From assembly GCA_965235115.1 (NCBI GenBank), contig OZ249440.1:25606001-25670000 (forward strand): 64,000 nt of DNA, written 5' to 3'. Below the pieces are notes generated by a model. It searched no databases and was not told the DNA's origin. It was given only the letters and a program-made list of their open reading frames with translations. Source of the DNA: Laetmonice hystrix (lineage: Eukaryota). Position 1 is the first letter of the stretch. Every line of letters begins with the position of its first letter. Both the position numbers and the translations under genes were made by a program. Shown here in pieces: positions 1-13,121 of the stretch.

Positions 1-1223
1 CCCAGGCGTCCTACAATAAGTTGCTTCTGTATGCCTTACAGAAACACAAAAAAAAGCGCCGAGTATTGTTTCTATGATCCCGACACGATGGATCATAGAG
101 CAGAGGGCATTCTTCCACAAGATCAATAAGCCGCTGCTCCTGCTACTCTGGCCTGAGTTTAATTGCTTCTTTTCTGGACATAGTTGATTGAATTAAATAG
201 ATGTAAAGTAGTCGTATTTATCTTTTGTAGTGATCTCTTGGAGGATGCTTAAAGCTGTGTGACGAGAACTGCCCCATAAACTGAGGAATTTGACCTAGAA
301 TTCCCCTGCACGTGACATTGTACAGCTGGTGACAATGTGTTGACAGCTACCCGCGCGCGAAAAAGTCGATACATGAGCGACTGAATTATCCGCGCGCGTG
401 TGAAAACGCGTACATGCAAACGGTACATTCGTTATACACAGGATCGACTTTTCACCACGCGGACAACGCGCGCGTTTTCGCTCACATGGAAACCGGGCCT
501 TAGTGTGTGTATACGGTTGTGGTCGGGGTATAGTGAAATACACACGTACACCCCAACACACCCCTCCCCTTCCTGTCATTCCATCTGTACCTGTGACATA
601 AAGGTTGAGACCCCCACCTGAGCACCCTGGCACCTGAACACCCCCTACTGTATACCCCTCCCACCCCCACCCTTCCATCATAGACAGTGATGGCAGGGGA
701 TCGGCTGTCAAGTTTCGCGTCAGGTTATTGCTGATTTCAAGAAGAGAGCAGAAAAATGGCGGCTGCGACCTGTAACCATGGGTAGGCCTACATCAACCTG
801 TAACCATGGGTACATCTGATGGATGGAACAGGAGATCAGGGTCATATGAAATCTAGGATGGTGTATCTGCACATACACACGAGGTGATGTTTCCATGACA
901 ACTGAAACATGGAGTAAACAGCGCTGATGACTGAAGCTGGCCGGAGGCCGTGGCGGGGTTCTGCCAGGGGTATAAGGGTTATACCCCACACCCGTCTCAC
1001 AACCCCAATCATAGTCCAGTGGGCAGGTGAGGGAGTAACATGGCCTTGGCTAGCCCCCGGGGGCAAGGTCTAACACCCTGCTACTCTCCGTCAGAGAGTT
1101 CTCAGTCGGTCGTAATACCTTGAACACAACGTATCCGTTTCGTATACCGGACGATCTTCTATCGATCCAGGATGTTTGAGAAGATAGTTGATTCTAGGAT
1201 CTAGACCTGGCGTTGGGACGTTG

Positions 1224-2626
1224 ATACCTGACTGTGAACAAGTGAAGTTGTGTGCCTACTGAGTTCTGCCGTATACCTACTGACTGTGAACAGTAAAGTT
1301 GTGTGCCTACTGAGTTCTGCCGTATACCTACTGACTGTGAACAGTGAAGTTGTGTGCCTACTGAGTTCTGCCGTATACCTACTGACTGTGAACAGTGAAG
1401 TTGTGTGCCTACTGAGTTCCGCCGTATACCTACTGACTTTGAACAGTGAAGTTGTGTGCCTACTGAGTTCCGCCGTATACCTACTGACTGTGAACAGTAA
1501 AGTTGTGTGCCTACTGAGTTCTGCCGTATACCTACTGACTGTGAACAGTGAAGTTGTGTGCCTACTGAGTTCTGCCGTATACCTACTGACTGTGAACAGT
1601 GAAGTTGTGTGCCTACTGAGTTCCGCCGTATACCTACTGACTTTGAACAGTGAAGTTGTGTGCCTACTGAGTTCCGCCGTATACCTACTGACTGTGAACA
1701 GTGAAGTTGTGTGCCTACTGAGTTCCGCCGTATACCTACTGACTGTGAACAGTGAAGTTGTGTGCCTACTGAGTTCTGCCGTATACCTACTGACTGTGAA
1801 CAATGAAGTTGTGTGCCTACTGAGTTCCGCCGTATACATACTGACTGTGAACAGTGAAGTTGCGTGCCTACTGAGTTCCGCCATATACCTACTGACTGCG
1901 AACAGTGAAGTTGTGTGCCTACTGAGTTCCCCCGATACCTACTGACTGTGAACAGTGGAGTTGCGTGCCTACTGAGTTCCCCCGGATACCTACTGACTGT
2001 GAACAGTGAAGTTGTGTGCCTACTGAGTTCCCCCGATACCTACTGACTGTGAACAGTGGAGTTGCGTGCCTACTGAGTTCCCCTGGATACCTACTGACTG
2101 TGAACAGTGAAGTTGTGTGCCTACTGAGTTCCGCCGTATACCTACTGACTGTGAACAGTGAAGTTGAGTGCCTACTGAGTTCCCCCGGATACCTACTGAC
2201 TGCGAACAGTGAAGTTGTGTGCTTACTGAGTTCCGCCGTATACCTATACTGACTGTGAACAGTGAAGTTGTGTGCCTATACTGAGTTCCGCCGTATACCT
2301 ATACTGACTGTGAACAGTGAAGTTGTGTGCCTATACTGAGTTCCGCCGTATACCTATACTGACTGTGAACAAGTGAAGTTGTGTGCCTACTGAGTTCCGC
2401 CGTATACCTACTGACTGTGAAGAGTGAAGTTGCGTGCCTACTGAGTTTCGCCGTATACCTACTGACTATGAAGAGTGGAGTTGCGTGCCTACTGAGTTCT
2501 CCCGCATACCTACTGACTGTGAAGAGTGAAGTTGCGTGCCTACTGAGTTTCGCCGTATACCTACTGACTGTGAAGAGTGGAGTTGCGTGCCTACTGAGTT
2601 CTCCCGCATACCTACTGACTGTGAAC
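1224..2626. repeat. 51-bp minisatellite, about 27 copies
   Basis: unit ctgactgtgaacagtgaagttgtgtgcctactgagttc(t/c)gccgtataccta. Confidence 0.97.
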
Positions 2627-3221
2627 TGTGAGGCCTTTGAACTACCTTAGTTTTTCCAGTTTGAACATGGAAAGGGTCGTTGTTACCCCCACCTGCCGTG
2701 GACACCAGCGGCACGGCGGCACACCCACGGAGCAAGGATAGGTCAACGTGCATCAATTCGTTACCGTGTTTACGCAGCTGCTTGATGTCCTCACAACGGC
2801 TCCTTAAAGTTTAACTAAATACCGGCAATATTTATTTTTCTTTCCGTAGATAAAGGGTGTGAATGTGTGACTAGAAGTTAATGTTATATGTTATAATGGA
2901 CCGTCCGCTCACACAAGTGTGTATGGACCACAGGTTAATGTTATGTGTTATAATGGACCGTCCGCTCAGATGAACTGGATATCAATTGGATGACGCAGAA
3001 AGTTCAAATTGAATTATTCTTTCATGCATGGCCTCACTGGAAGACAGACATTTTGTAACCTGTGTAAAAGTACATGTGATGTCGTCCATGAAGACATAAC
3101 AAACAACGCTGGATGATTGTTGCTATAGCAACGGTTTCCATCGCTGATATTGATTGAAATGTGACTTACCGGAGGGAAATAGCAAACTCAGGGAGTAAAC
3201 GCTGAAAGTTAAAATACCTCT

Positions 3222-3510
3222 GTCTGGATCAGCTCATCTGGATTATCTCATCTGGATCAGCTCACCTGGATCAACCCGTTTGGTTTATCTCACCTGGATC
3301 AGCTCACCTGGACCAGGTCACCTGGATCAACCCGTTTGGATTATCTCACCTGTATCAGCTCACCTGGATCAATCCGTTTGGACTATCTCACCTGGACCAG
3401 CTCACCTGGACCAGCTCACCTGGACCAGCTCACCTGGACCAGCTCACCTGGACCAGCTCACCTGGACAAGCTCACCTGGATCAGCCCGTTTGGACTATCT
3501 CACCTGGACT
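3222..3510. repeat. 14-bp based repeat (ccagctcacctgga)
   Basis: direct reading. Confidence 0.9.
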
Positions 3511-3899
3511 AGCTGTAGACCAGAGTTGACGCCTACACGTTGGTCAGGTACTGTTTCAGTACCGAGAGTCCCCACACTGAGTTGTATCAAGTATATCTAA
3601 CATCACTGATACAGACAGTGTCATCCAAGGTATCATATATCTGTTGCAGTCATTGCTGGCACAAAACAGTTGAAATTGATGGCAGAAATTGATGCCGGTA
3701 GGATGCACTGTTGTTGGTTATTTGTGGCTTTGACCGAAGTGAACAGTGATAGACAAGAAGTGTTAGTGTGATGATTACTGGTGAAATCGGAGTCGGTAAA
3801 GTATAATCCTCAGTAATTGAGAACACTGAATGTTAAACGGACACTTTGGATTGACAGCTGTAACATGACGATCAAACTGGGGACAGGACGAACAAATAA

Positions 3900-4042
3900 C
3901 GTATCAACCAACCGTGTATCAAACGTATCAACCAACTGTGTATCAAACGTATCAACCAACCGTGTATCAAACGTATCAACCAACCGTGTATCAAACGTAT
4001 CAATCAACCGTGTATCAAACGTATCAACCGACCGTGTATCAA
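3900..4042. repeat. 24-bp minisatellite (gtatcaaccaaccgtgtatcaaac)
   Basis: about 6 copies. Confidence 0.9.
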
Positions 4043-4069
4043 CTGCGGTATACCTCGCCCATGGTTTGC

Positions 4070-5025
4070 TAACTGACGCCGCGCTATACCTACTGCCGAG
4101 GGAGGGAGAGTTAGCTATACTTGATGCCGAGGGAGGGAGAGTTAGCTACACTTAATGCCGAGGCAGGGAGAGTTAGCTAAGTGACGCCGGGCTATACTTG
4201 ATGCCGAGGGAGGGAGAGTTAGCTAAGTGACGCCGCGCTATACTTGATGCCGAGGGAGGGAGAGTTAGCTAACTGACGCCGTGCTATACTTGATGCCGAG
4301 GGAGGGAGAGTTAGCTAAGTGACGCCGCGCTATACTTGATGCCGAGGGAGGGAGAGTTAGCTAAGTGACGCCGCGCTATACTTGATGCCGAGGGAGGGAG
4401 AGTTAGCTAAGTGACGCCGCGCTATACTTGATGCCGAGGGAGGGAGAGTTAGCTAACTGACGCCGTGCTATACTTGATGCCGAGGGAGGGAGAGTTCGCT
4501 AAGTGACGCCGCGCTATACTTGATGCCGAGGGAGGGGGAGTTAGCTAAGTGACGCCGTGCTATACTTGATGCCGAGGGAGGGAGAGTTAGCTAACTGACG
4601 CCGTGCTATACTTGATGCCGAGGGAGGGAGAGTTAGCTAACTGACGCCGCGCTATACTTGATGCCGAGGGAGGGAGAGTTAGCTAAGTGACGCCGCGCTA
4701 TACTTGATGCCGAGGGAGGGAGAGTTAGCTAACTGACGCCGCGCTATACTTGATGCCGAGGGAGGGAGAGTTAGCTAACTGACGCCGCGCTATACTTGAT
4801 GCCGAGGGAGGGAGAGTTAGCTAACTGACGCCGCGCTATACTTGATGCCGAGGGAGGGAGAGTTAGCTAACTGACGCCGCGCTATACTTGATGCCGAGGC
4901 AGGGAGAGTTAGCTAACTGACGCCGGGCTATACTTGATGCCGAGGGAGGGAGAGTTAGCTATACTTGATGCCGAGGGAGGGAGAGTTAGCTAACTGACGC
5001 CTCGCTATACCTGATGCCGAGAGAG
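4070..5025. repeat. 46-bp minisatellite, about 20 copies
   Basis: unit gttagctaa(g/c)tgacgccgcgctatacttgatgccgagggagggaga. Confidence 0.97.
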
Positions 5026-7133
5026 GGAGACGGGCCCGTCTGATGTGACGTGAGGCCTGCTGCTGCCGTGGCAGAATCCCCACAGTGAACCTGGACGCTT
5101 TGATTGAAGTCGCTAAAGGACAATCGTTGATTCCTGTGGAGAAAGATTCTCTGACATTTTACCTTTCGATTGCCATATGTCTTGGGAGGTCAGGCATTGC
5201 CTTCGGTGGCGAGGGTCGGTTTTGTGGTTCGGAGGATTGTGAACTGACATGGATGATTGTGAATTTAAGAAATTGCTCATTATGGGCGAAAAAAGTTTAG
5301 ATTTGGAATTCATATCTGAAGGCCGGGTGGTATTTAGTTGTTAGACTTTGGGAAAGAAATGACAGGCGCAAGGTTTATTAGTGGATTCTCTGAATGAAGG
5401 TGACCTTGGCTTAATTAAAAACAGAATTCCTATTGAAATGTTTTTCTTTATGGGAGAAAACTGGAGCGGATGCCTGGTGGCATAAACACTGATGGCTTCA
5501 GGCGATGTTTTAACACTCTGTGGCTGTGACTGGCAGTAGGATCAGATTCCCGACAGGTCTTATATATGTACAGTAGTTCCTTATAATTGGTTCATATTTT
5601 ACTGAAATTTACACACGTGCGCAAAGACGTAGATGTTCATTTTGCAAATCCATCAGTTCCGTAAATGCCCTAACGATCTATTTATGTATTTTTTAATCAA
5701 AATTAAAAGTTTTCAACATTCTTATTAAGGTATTATAATTATAATGAAATTAGAAGCTCAACCTAAGGGGAATTTAATTATTCAAATTAGAATTAAGGAG
5801 GTTACAACCGTTTTCAGGGTAGCTACAGTAGAAGTATCAGGTTTAACGGTCGAGTAGCATTGGTACTGTGGTGTGACTAGAACTGGGGAGGAGGTAGACG
5901 TTTAGTTGGATATCTATTGAAGCCAGGGTGTGCAGGGGCGGGGTAGAGAGCCCATGGGGTACCGCCTAACGAAGATTTGGAACTGGCCGTGAATAAGGTA
6001 CGGGCGGGAGCTCCATTGCTGCGGAAGTTACCTGACTGACGAGAACTGCGTTTTAAGCCAGGACAGGGAGCGTGTCAGTACAACGTACAACGTACAACGT
6101 ACAATGTACACATAGCTGGACACTGGCCACGGCTCGAACCATTACCACTACACAGGGATATTGTTAGTGACTAAATGGCAACAGTTTATGCGAGTTTACT
6201 GCTGTTTTCAAAGCGCTGAAGTCCGCGTAACTCAGGCATCTGATCACGTAAGCAAATGTCATTAATGTCAGGCTACAGTTGGAGGTCAGGGAGGTCAGAG
6301 AGGTCAGGGAGGTCAATCCGATGAGTGCAGCGTGTCTACCACCACCAGAGCAGGTTAGATGACGCCAGTGATAATTTGATGACAATGGTAGACATGAGAC
6401 CATGCAGGTGGTATGTGTTGTTGTCGCCATCGTCACAGTGACCACCCTATGTGGTCACACACCAGCTCCATCACCGACTGACCAATAACAGGTGACGGTC
6501 TGAGCAGTGAGTAACTAACTGACTGACCACCTCGAACTGACCAGGCAGTGTCTGTAAAAACCCCTGGGATGAACAAACCTGGTATGGACTGATTCTAACC
6601 TACCTGTACGAGAGTGGACGAATGGACACCAACGACAACAAGGAGCGAGTGATTACTGATATAAAGTTTTCTGACACCATTCTCCAGGTGGATTATTGTC
6701 AACTCCAAGGACGACAACCAGGCAGTGGTTTACTTGTAACGGTGGTCTAACTGTACGTCAGACACCGTGCGTTTTGACGTACTTGACGTACTTGACGTAC
6801 ATACGTCAACAGTACGACCTGGCTTTACCTGTCTGTTCACCAGGAATTGCTCTTCAGCGCTTTCGTATTTCGTATTCTAAAGACAAAGCTCAAATAAATA
6901 GGGGCCTACTTCTCCTCCGAAGGGAGAAGCTACGATACTGGAACCAAAAGGTGTATTGTATTATTTGATGTGCTAGAATCTGCACGTGAGCTTTGATTGG
7001 AAGCAGGTAGATGCATTATAAGATGAACAATACTACATTTTAATGCTGGTAATAGTGTTTTCCCAGATTGTACGTTTCTACAGAAACCGTAGATTTGTAT
7101 ATTATAGCGAGGGAATAATTCTACCTTTCCAAT

Positions 7134-7682
7134 ATGGATAGAGTTTGTGAACTGTGCGGTATTGACTGTTCGATTCCCGAGGAGGCGTGGACCAGCAGGC
7201 CACGGTATAGGTACATCTCAATATGTGTGGGTTTACATACATGTAAGAGAACACATTCACGGTGGAGAGAACCCACTCACAAACGTCGCCAAACATTGCA
7301 GTCAGGGCCGCATGAACTTTCAAAATCCAGACTTTCTCATCATGTGGCCAAGACAGCCGTGAGGGGTGGATTTTCAGCTGAATTTGACGGCGACGGATTG
7401 TCAGAGAAAGGTAGAATCACATCCCAGAGGGCTCCGTCTGGAAGCGTGTTGAGGTGGCGTGGGCACGGGAAGGAGTTTCGAAAGGAGGAACACGAGTTGA
7501 GGAACTGTTTCCACTCGATTCGTTTCGGGGTGGAGATGTTTCCATTCTACAGACTCCGCAGTTTCTCCTACCTGCTGAACGTCCTACCGCAGCGCCCTCT
7601 CTCGGGACGCACCGAGGTTACCATGGCGATGTACAGATCGAAGGCAGGCCCACCCGGCAGGCCGGCCGGACTCCTTACGTCA
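7134..7682 (+). CDS. Candidate first coding exon (183 aa, MDRVCELCG...AGLLTS)
   Basis: Long non-repetitive ORF from ATG 7134 ending at strong donor TCA|GTAAGT (phase 0). No recognisable domain; link to PLCE1 is inferred. Confidence 0.45.
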
Positions 7683-9453
7683 GTAAGTGGCAACTCTCTT
7701 TTTCTACCTCTCTCTTCTTAATATAATGTTATTAAAGCTTGAGATGCATTGCTTGTTGAAAGACCAACAAAATATGTAAAAAGTTGCAATTGAAACGTTT
7801 CACACAATTTATGCCATAAGGAAACTCGCACCCGTTTTCAACTACATGTATTTCTTTGGGTTAATTACATTGGTTCCCTTTCTCGTACAGTTTTTGTAAC
7901 GGAACATAAAGAATGTGATGAGTGGATCTAGCTGTAAAAACACAGGCTATCTCCGGCTTACATTGCCGTCTGCCACATTATGACGTCACCGCCATTGCCA
8001 TTAGATATGGAGCTATTCGTAAAATTCCTACCATAAAACAGTGCATACATAAAATAATAAAATCAATGATTGCCATTGAAAACATGTGTAGAGTGACAGG
8101 GTAGGAAAACGTTTTCAATAGATTGCCTCGTACCATTGTGTGTGGCCATCAGCCGGTATACGCTGTGTCTGCACACGGTACTCATCAACAGGTGACAATG
8201 TGGATACGAGTCACACAAATCATTTATATTCATGACGATTAGTGGTTGCTATCAGTCAGTGGCTATATACTGACTGCCCTCTGTGACTCCGCCAAAAATT
8301 GATGGCGCCATTCACCAACGGGTCGAGATAACTATTCAAGTCATGCTGAAAAAAATCGAAGCTGTATTGCGCAAATCAAAGAGAATTCTAAACTCGCCAA
8401 AATCAAGATTTTATTTTGCAGTTTAATTGTGGTAGCCATTGTATTTTCATGGGTGATTGAAATTGCACGTAGAGCATTAAAATATTTTGTGTGAGAATCA
8501 TTTAAAAATTGTACTACCGGTAACCTAAGAATTAGGTGCTTTATCAACTGACAGCCAGGCCTACACATATGAATAAGAAGTCCAATTTAATTTTGAGGTC
8601 GGATGACTGGCCTGTATCGTGAAGCCCCCGGCGTCCCAGGTGTTGGGGTAGGGCCAACCATACAATAGCCCCAAACTAAAAGTTTTCTACCGCAGCCAAA
8701 TAATACATGACATGCAATAACCAGCCTTAAGGTGGGTCAAAGGTACATTACGTGCCTGTAGGCTAACTAACCAATGACCTTAATTGACCTCGGACATCTA
8801 AGGTCATCAGGTGTGAATTCAAATATTGAAATATTTTTCTATACTATTAAATTTAGAAAATTAATAATTAATAATTGTCTTATTTTCATGTCCCGTTATG
8901 TCGTTATAATCAATTAAAGCTGGCAAATCGACCCATTGAAAAAGATGAGGATAAAATCTGTCAGCTCAGTTTGCGTAGTCCCAGATTAGAAAATAAAACT
9001 AATATGTAAAAGCTCCGGCTACAAACGGTATTGCGGGAATATATTGTCATCCTTTTTTTAATTTATTTTTTATTTATTTATTTTTATAAACCATATTTAA
9101 CCAGGATTACCCCTAACGCCAAGAATCTCATGGAATGGCATGATATTGATGAAGAATGATGAATTGCCATGTGTGGATAGGTTCCGCCGAGTGATTGCGA
9201 CATTTCTCGGTTAGTGGTCATGAGTCAGGTGTGAGTCGGTGTAGACTTTATTATAGGCATGCTGCCGCCTAGGGTTAACTTGAGAATCAAGTACTTACTG
9301 CCGCCCGTGTTTTATCGTAGGTGTCACAGCGTCGTGCTGTTGTAGAAACTTGTAGGGCTGTAAGCTATCGTGTTAAATCTCAGCGCAGCTTGTGGTGGGC
9401 ATAAAAACTGACAGCGGGATAAGATAGTGGTCACAGTCGACGTCACTGTCCTT

Positions 9454-9932
9454 GAGGGGCGACCATTAGATTTTTTTTTTTGTTTGGGGAGGGGGGGGGC
9501 TGGGTGTTTTTGAAAATAAATAATTTCGGGTGGAAAATTGGCCAAATAAATAAATTCTCCCTGGCCATACCTGAAATAAAAAATGTGTCTGGAAATAGAT
9601 AATGAGTCTCATCTCATCAGAATGCCACCCAAAAATATTTTACGAAATCGGCAGAGAAGCGGGCAAGGGAGCTTAATAAACTTTGATTTCTCACGCAAAA
9701 TGAAACTGATAAGTCTGTCTTTGTTTACCAAGCAATTTTAATGAAGGATCTCTTTAAGAAAACAGCAAAAGTTCTATGAAATACCGATTTTTAACGTTTC
9801 CTCATAATATGCCCCTTTAATAAAATTTTGCCATGAGGTTTGGAAAAAAATGAGGCAGTCTACTCTGAAATAAAAAAAATATTCCCAAGAAAAAGCCCAG
9901 CCCCCCACTAAATACCTAATGGTCGCCCTCTA
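9454..9932. mobile_element. MITE (AGGGGCGACC...GGTCGCCCTCT ends) carrying a nested fragment of the TTAA element
   Basis: Homologous to 45701-45984; about 9616-9820 matches the right part of 42322-42846. Confidence 0.8.
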
Positions 9933-11558
9933 ACCATATTCTGTGATATTGAAGGGATACGTCTCGGGGAGAACAATAGAGATCCATGAGAATATGTTTT
10001 TCGAGAGATCTTTCCAATTGTTGATGTATCAGGTGTATTATGGTACGACAGTTAGGGGTCAGTGTAGAGAGAGACTTTGCCTGATGAAGTATATATACAT
10101 GTATGTAGCCAGAGGTCTGCCCCCATTGTATGTGGAGGTTTTATGGAATACCAATCTTAGACCGCCATGATTGCCATGACAACGTTATTCTGTCTATTGC
10201 AGGTAACTTGACATACATTGATGACCTCCAGGTGCATGATTCAAGAGAAGCTGAGCATGAGGTGCAGGTTTCCTATGACCCGACCTTGACCTACATCTTG
10301 ACCTTGACCTACATCTTGACCTTGACCTTCAAGTGGTTGTGGGATTTCAAGGATGTCCGCCTTATCTGTCACCTCTGAGGATCTTCTTGTATTAAAAGCC
10401 AGTTTAATGTTTGTCATTTACACAGCATTTCAATACATTTTGTGCAGAATAAAGTATTTAAATAAATATGGTTTGTAATATTTTATATAATATGTTGGTT
10501 GCGTATGATTTTATAATACACAGATCGGATTTTTGATCATCTATATTAGTTTAAAAAAATGAAAACAAAAGGACTTAGCGGACAGGATTCAAATGCATTT
10601 TTTTTAATCGCTTCAAACTGCTTGGGAATCCTACACAAAGTATTTGCCCTTCCATATTTTCACTACTTACTGTCAGTAGCATGTGGTGGCGAAGCATGAG
10701 CCTTAACCCACCATGTAGCCAACCTTTGACGTTCTTAATGTTCTAATCTGAGATCTCTTGGATATCATGATGTATAAAGCAGCAGTACCTACTTGGTCAG
10801 AAGTAAAGATCCATAACCCTGACCTTATTCCTGACTCCTAACCCCGACCCCTACACCTCCCAAAGACATATCTCTATCCATATCCCTATCCCCTATCCCT
10901 ATCCCTATCCCTGACCTTAACCCGATCCCCTAGCCAAAAGTTTTGTCTGGAAGTTACCACTGGGGAATAACCTCCGATCCTGAAGCCACCACCTGTCTCC
11001 TAATCTAAAACCTTTGATCTGATGTAGTCTTCTTCATTAATTATTCAGTCAGTTGACTCCAGACTGACCTACTGACTTCCTAAAATAGTTGTCTTCTTTG
11101 TCCTACTTACTTCAGAAAGTGTTGGGGGGGGGGGAGGCTGTTTGACTCGCTAATTAGGCCTACTGTCTGCATGGCCCGGAGAATGTTACCTACTCTTTGG
11201 CCTAGGCCTACTGAACGGTGAAATGTTACCGGCCCTGGGTAAATGGTGAACCGAGGGAAAGTAGGCTTGGTTCTACGTACACTTTAGTGTAAGTCCAACT
11301 GAAGGAGTAATCAATGAAGGAATAAATTTAGGGGGGGGGGGGTTCAACAACTTGGTAAGATTTCCTCCCGCTATCCAGCGGACAGGTTCAATCACAATAG
11401 GTAGCCTGTAGAGTCAGTGTCCACTCAAACAATAATAACCTTTTCAATTTGAGACTGTTTATGGACAGGCCAATCCAGTTTTATAGTCAGAACCGGTTAA
11501 GGATACTAGGGATCGGTTTTTCTAGTTCGTTTGGTGACTCCAGCCTTGGACATGGTAG

Positions 11559-11781
11559 GATATCACTGAGTGCGACCGAGACGGACCGTTAGTGTCGGTC
11601 ACGGCCGACAGGTGGCCGCAACGGGCCGTGGCCGCCTGGCGGAGAACCACTGAACTGACGCGGCCTGGGTTCGCCGACATGGTGACATTGCTCACTGACC
11701 CCGGGGACCGCGCCGGGCCCATGATGATCACGGTCCATCACTTTGTTACATACAACACACACAAGTCTCTCACGATCACCG
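11559..11781 (+). CDS. Candidate 5' exon (DITECDRDGP...MITVHHFVTYNTHKSLTIT), possible start of FERM F1 lobe
   Basis: GC-rich open frame between TAG (11556-58) and ACC G|GTAAAT. Phase-0 start matches the 7682 donor; the C-terminal part resembles the beta1-beta2 start of a ubiquitin-like fold. Acceptor is weak. Confidence 0.45.
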
Positions 11782-12091
11782 GTAAATTTAACCACGGTTC
11801 AGACAAACATACAAAGGATTATTCAACTGAATATCTAGACCTCACGAGCGTTGCGAAAGTTTAGAAAAGTTTACATGGGAGTGTAATAGGCCTAGATCTG
11901 AGAAAACGATGACCTTCCATAGGTTTAGGGTTAAAGACATGGAATAATGCTGAAGAATCAATTCGGATCAAAATATTTCACACAATTTCACAGAAAAGGA
12001 CTCTACAGTTGTGTATTTATAGGTTATTAAGTTATTCTCGCTCACCTCCACGGTGATTCGTTTGCCGCCAGGTGGCGGTGTCAACTGGAAA

Positions 12092-12490
12092 GGTGATGAG
12101 ACCCGAACCAGAACCACCTCTCTACAGTGACATTTAGCGGAGTTCGTGCCTGAGACTTTACGTTATTAACGTAAGGTGATGAGACCCGAACCTGAACCAC
12201 CTCTCTACAGTGACATTTAGCGGAGTTCGTGCCTGAGACTTTACGTTATTAACGTAAGGTGATGAGACCCGAACCTGAACCACCTCTATACAGTGACATT
12301 TAGCGGAGTTCGTGGCTGAGACTTTACGTTATTAACGTAAGGTGATGAGACCCGAACCTGAACCACCTCTATACAGTGACATTTAGCGGAGTTCGTGGCT
12401 GAGACTTTACGTTATTAACGTAAGGTGATGAGACCCGAACCTGAACCACCTCTCTACAGTGACATTTAGCGGAGTTCGTGGCTGAGACTT
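12092..12490. repeat. 83-bp tandem repeat, about 5 copies
   Basis: tctacagtga at 12121 and 12204, etc. Confidence 0.95.
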
Positions 12491-13121
12491 CACATGTTAT
12501 TAAAGTGTTTTTTGAACATAGATAACAATCAGGCAGAACTTTTCTCCGTTTCCTCCGATTCAGCAGACGAACGAATTTTCGTTTTACATTTTGTATTTCA
12601 ACCCCGGGTGAGCGTAGTTGTGTGTGGAGGTCGTTAGGTTTGGCACGGATTCAGGTCTTGACGCTGAACCTACACCAGGACGGGAAAGATGAAGCCAAAG
12701 CCACACCCAGTTATACTTGTACCGATTTTCGGATGCGGCCGGTTTCAGCTAATACCTGTATTTGGTGATCTGCCAGTTGGATTGTTTTTTTGTTACTAGT
12801 TCGGTAGGGTCGTGCACGGGCTGGCAATTCCGCGAGGTCCCGGGAGGGGGAGGGGGGCAGGTCACTGAAGCAAATATAGGCCTACGTACAAACCAGTATA
12901 TCGTTTAGTCAGCAAGGTTCCGATAAAATAAGTAAACTTCTCGGTAATTGGTATTGTGAATGAAGTGTAGGCCTACACGGAATGGCGCTTTTTAACAATT
13001 TAACAGCCTATGCATGAAAGAGTCGCACTCAGTGGTTCAGTTGAAGTAATAATTTATTGATCGTAATCGGAATAAAAAATGTGTCTCCTTGATCTTTGAC
13101 CTATCACTGTCGGCGGTACTT

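Noticed and set aside
1-1200. Short protein-like frames and GT/AG sites at the window start
   Set aside because: All frames stop within about 40 codons; they may be UTR exons but cannot be supported.
1201-2650. ORFs of 227, 231, 78 and 89 aa
   Set aside because: Translations of the 51-bp satellite (17 codons, stop-free in some frames); no splice or domain context.
5085-5520. Possible transposase or retroelement remnant
   Set aside because: No recognisable catalytic motif in any frame.
10203-10267. Exon-like segment GNLTYIDDLQVHDSREAEHEVQ
   Set aside because: Phase-1 start has no matching upstream donor and the donor is weak; cannot be placed.
12092-12490. Regularly spaced repeats suggestive of a CRISPR array (also 13202-13945 and 33380-34121)
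   Set aside because: Whole units repeat with no unique spacers; eukaryotic intron context; no cas genes.
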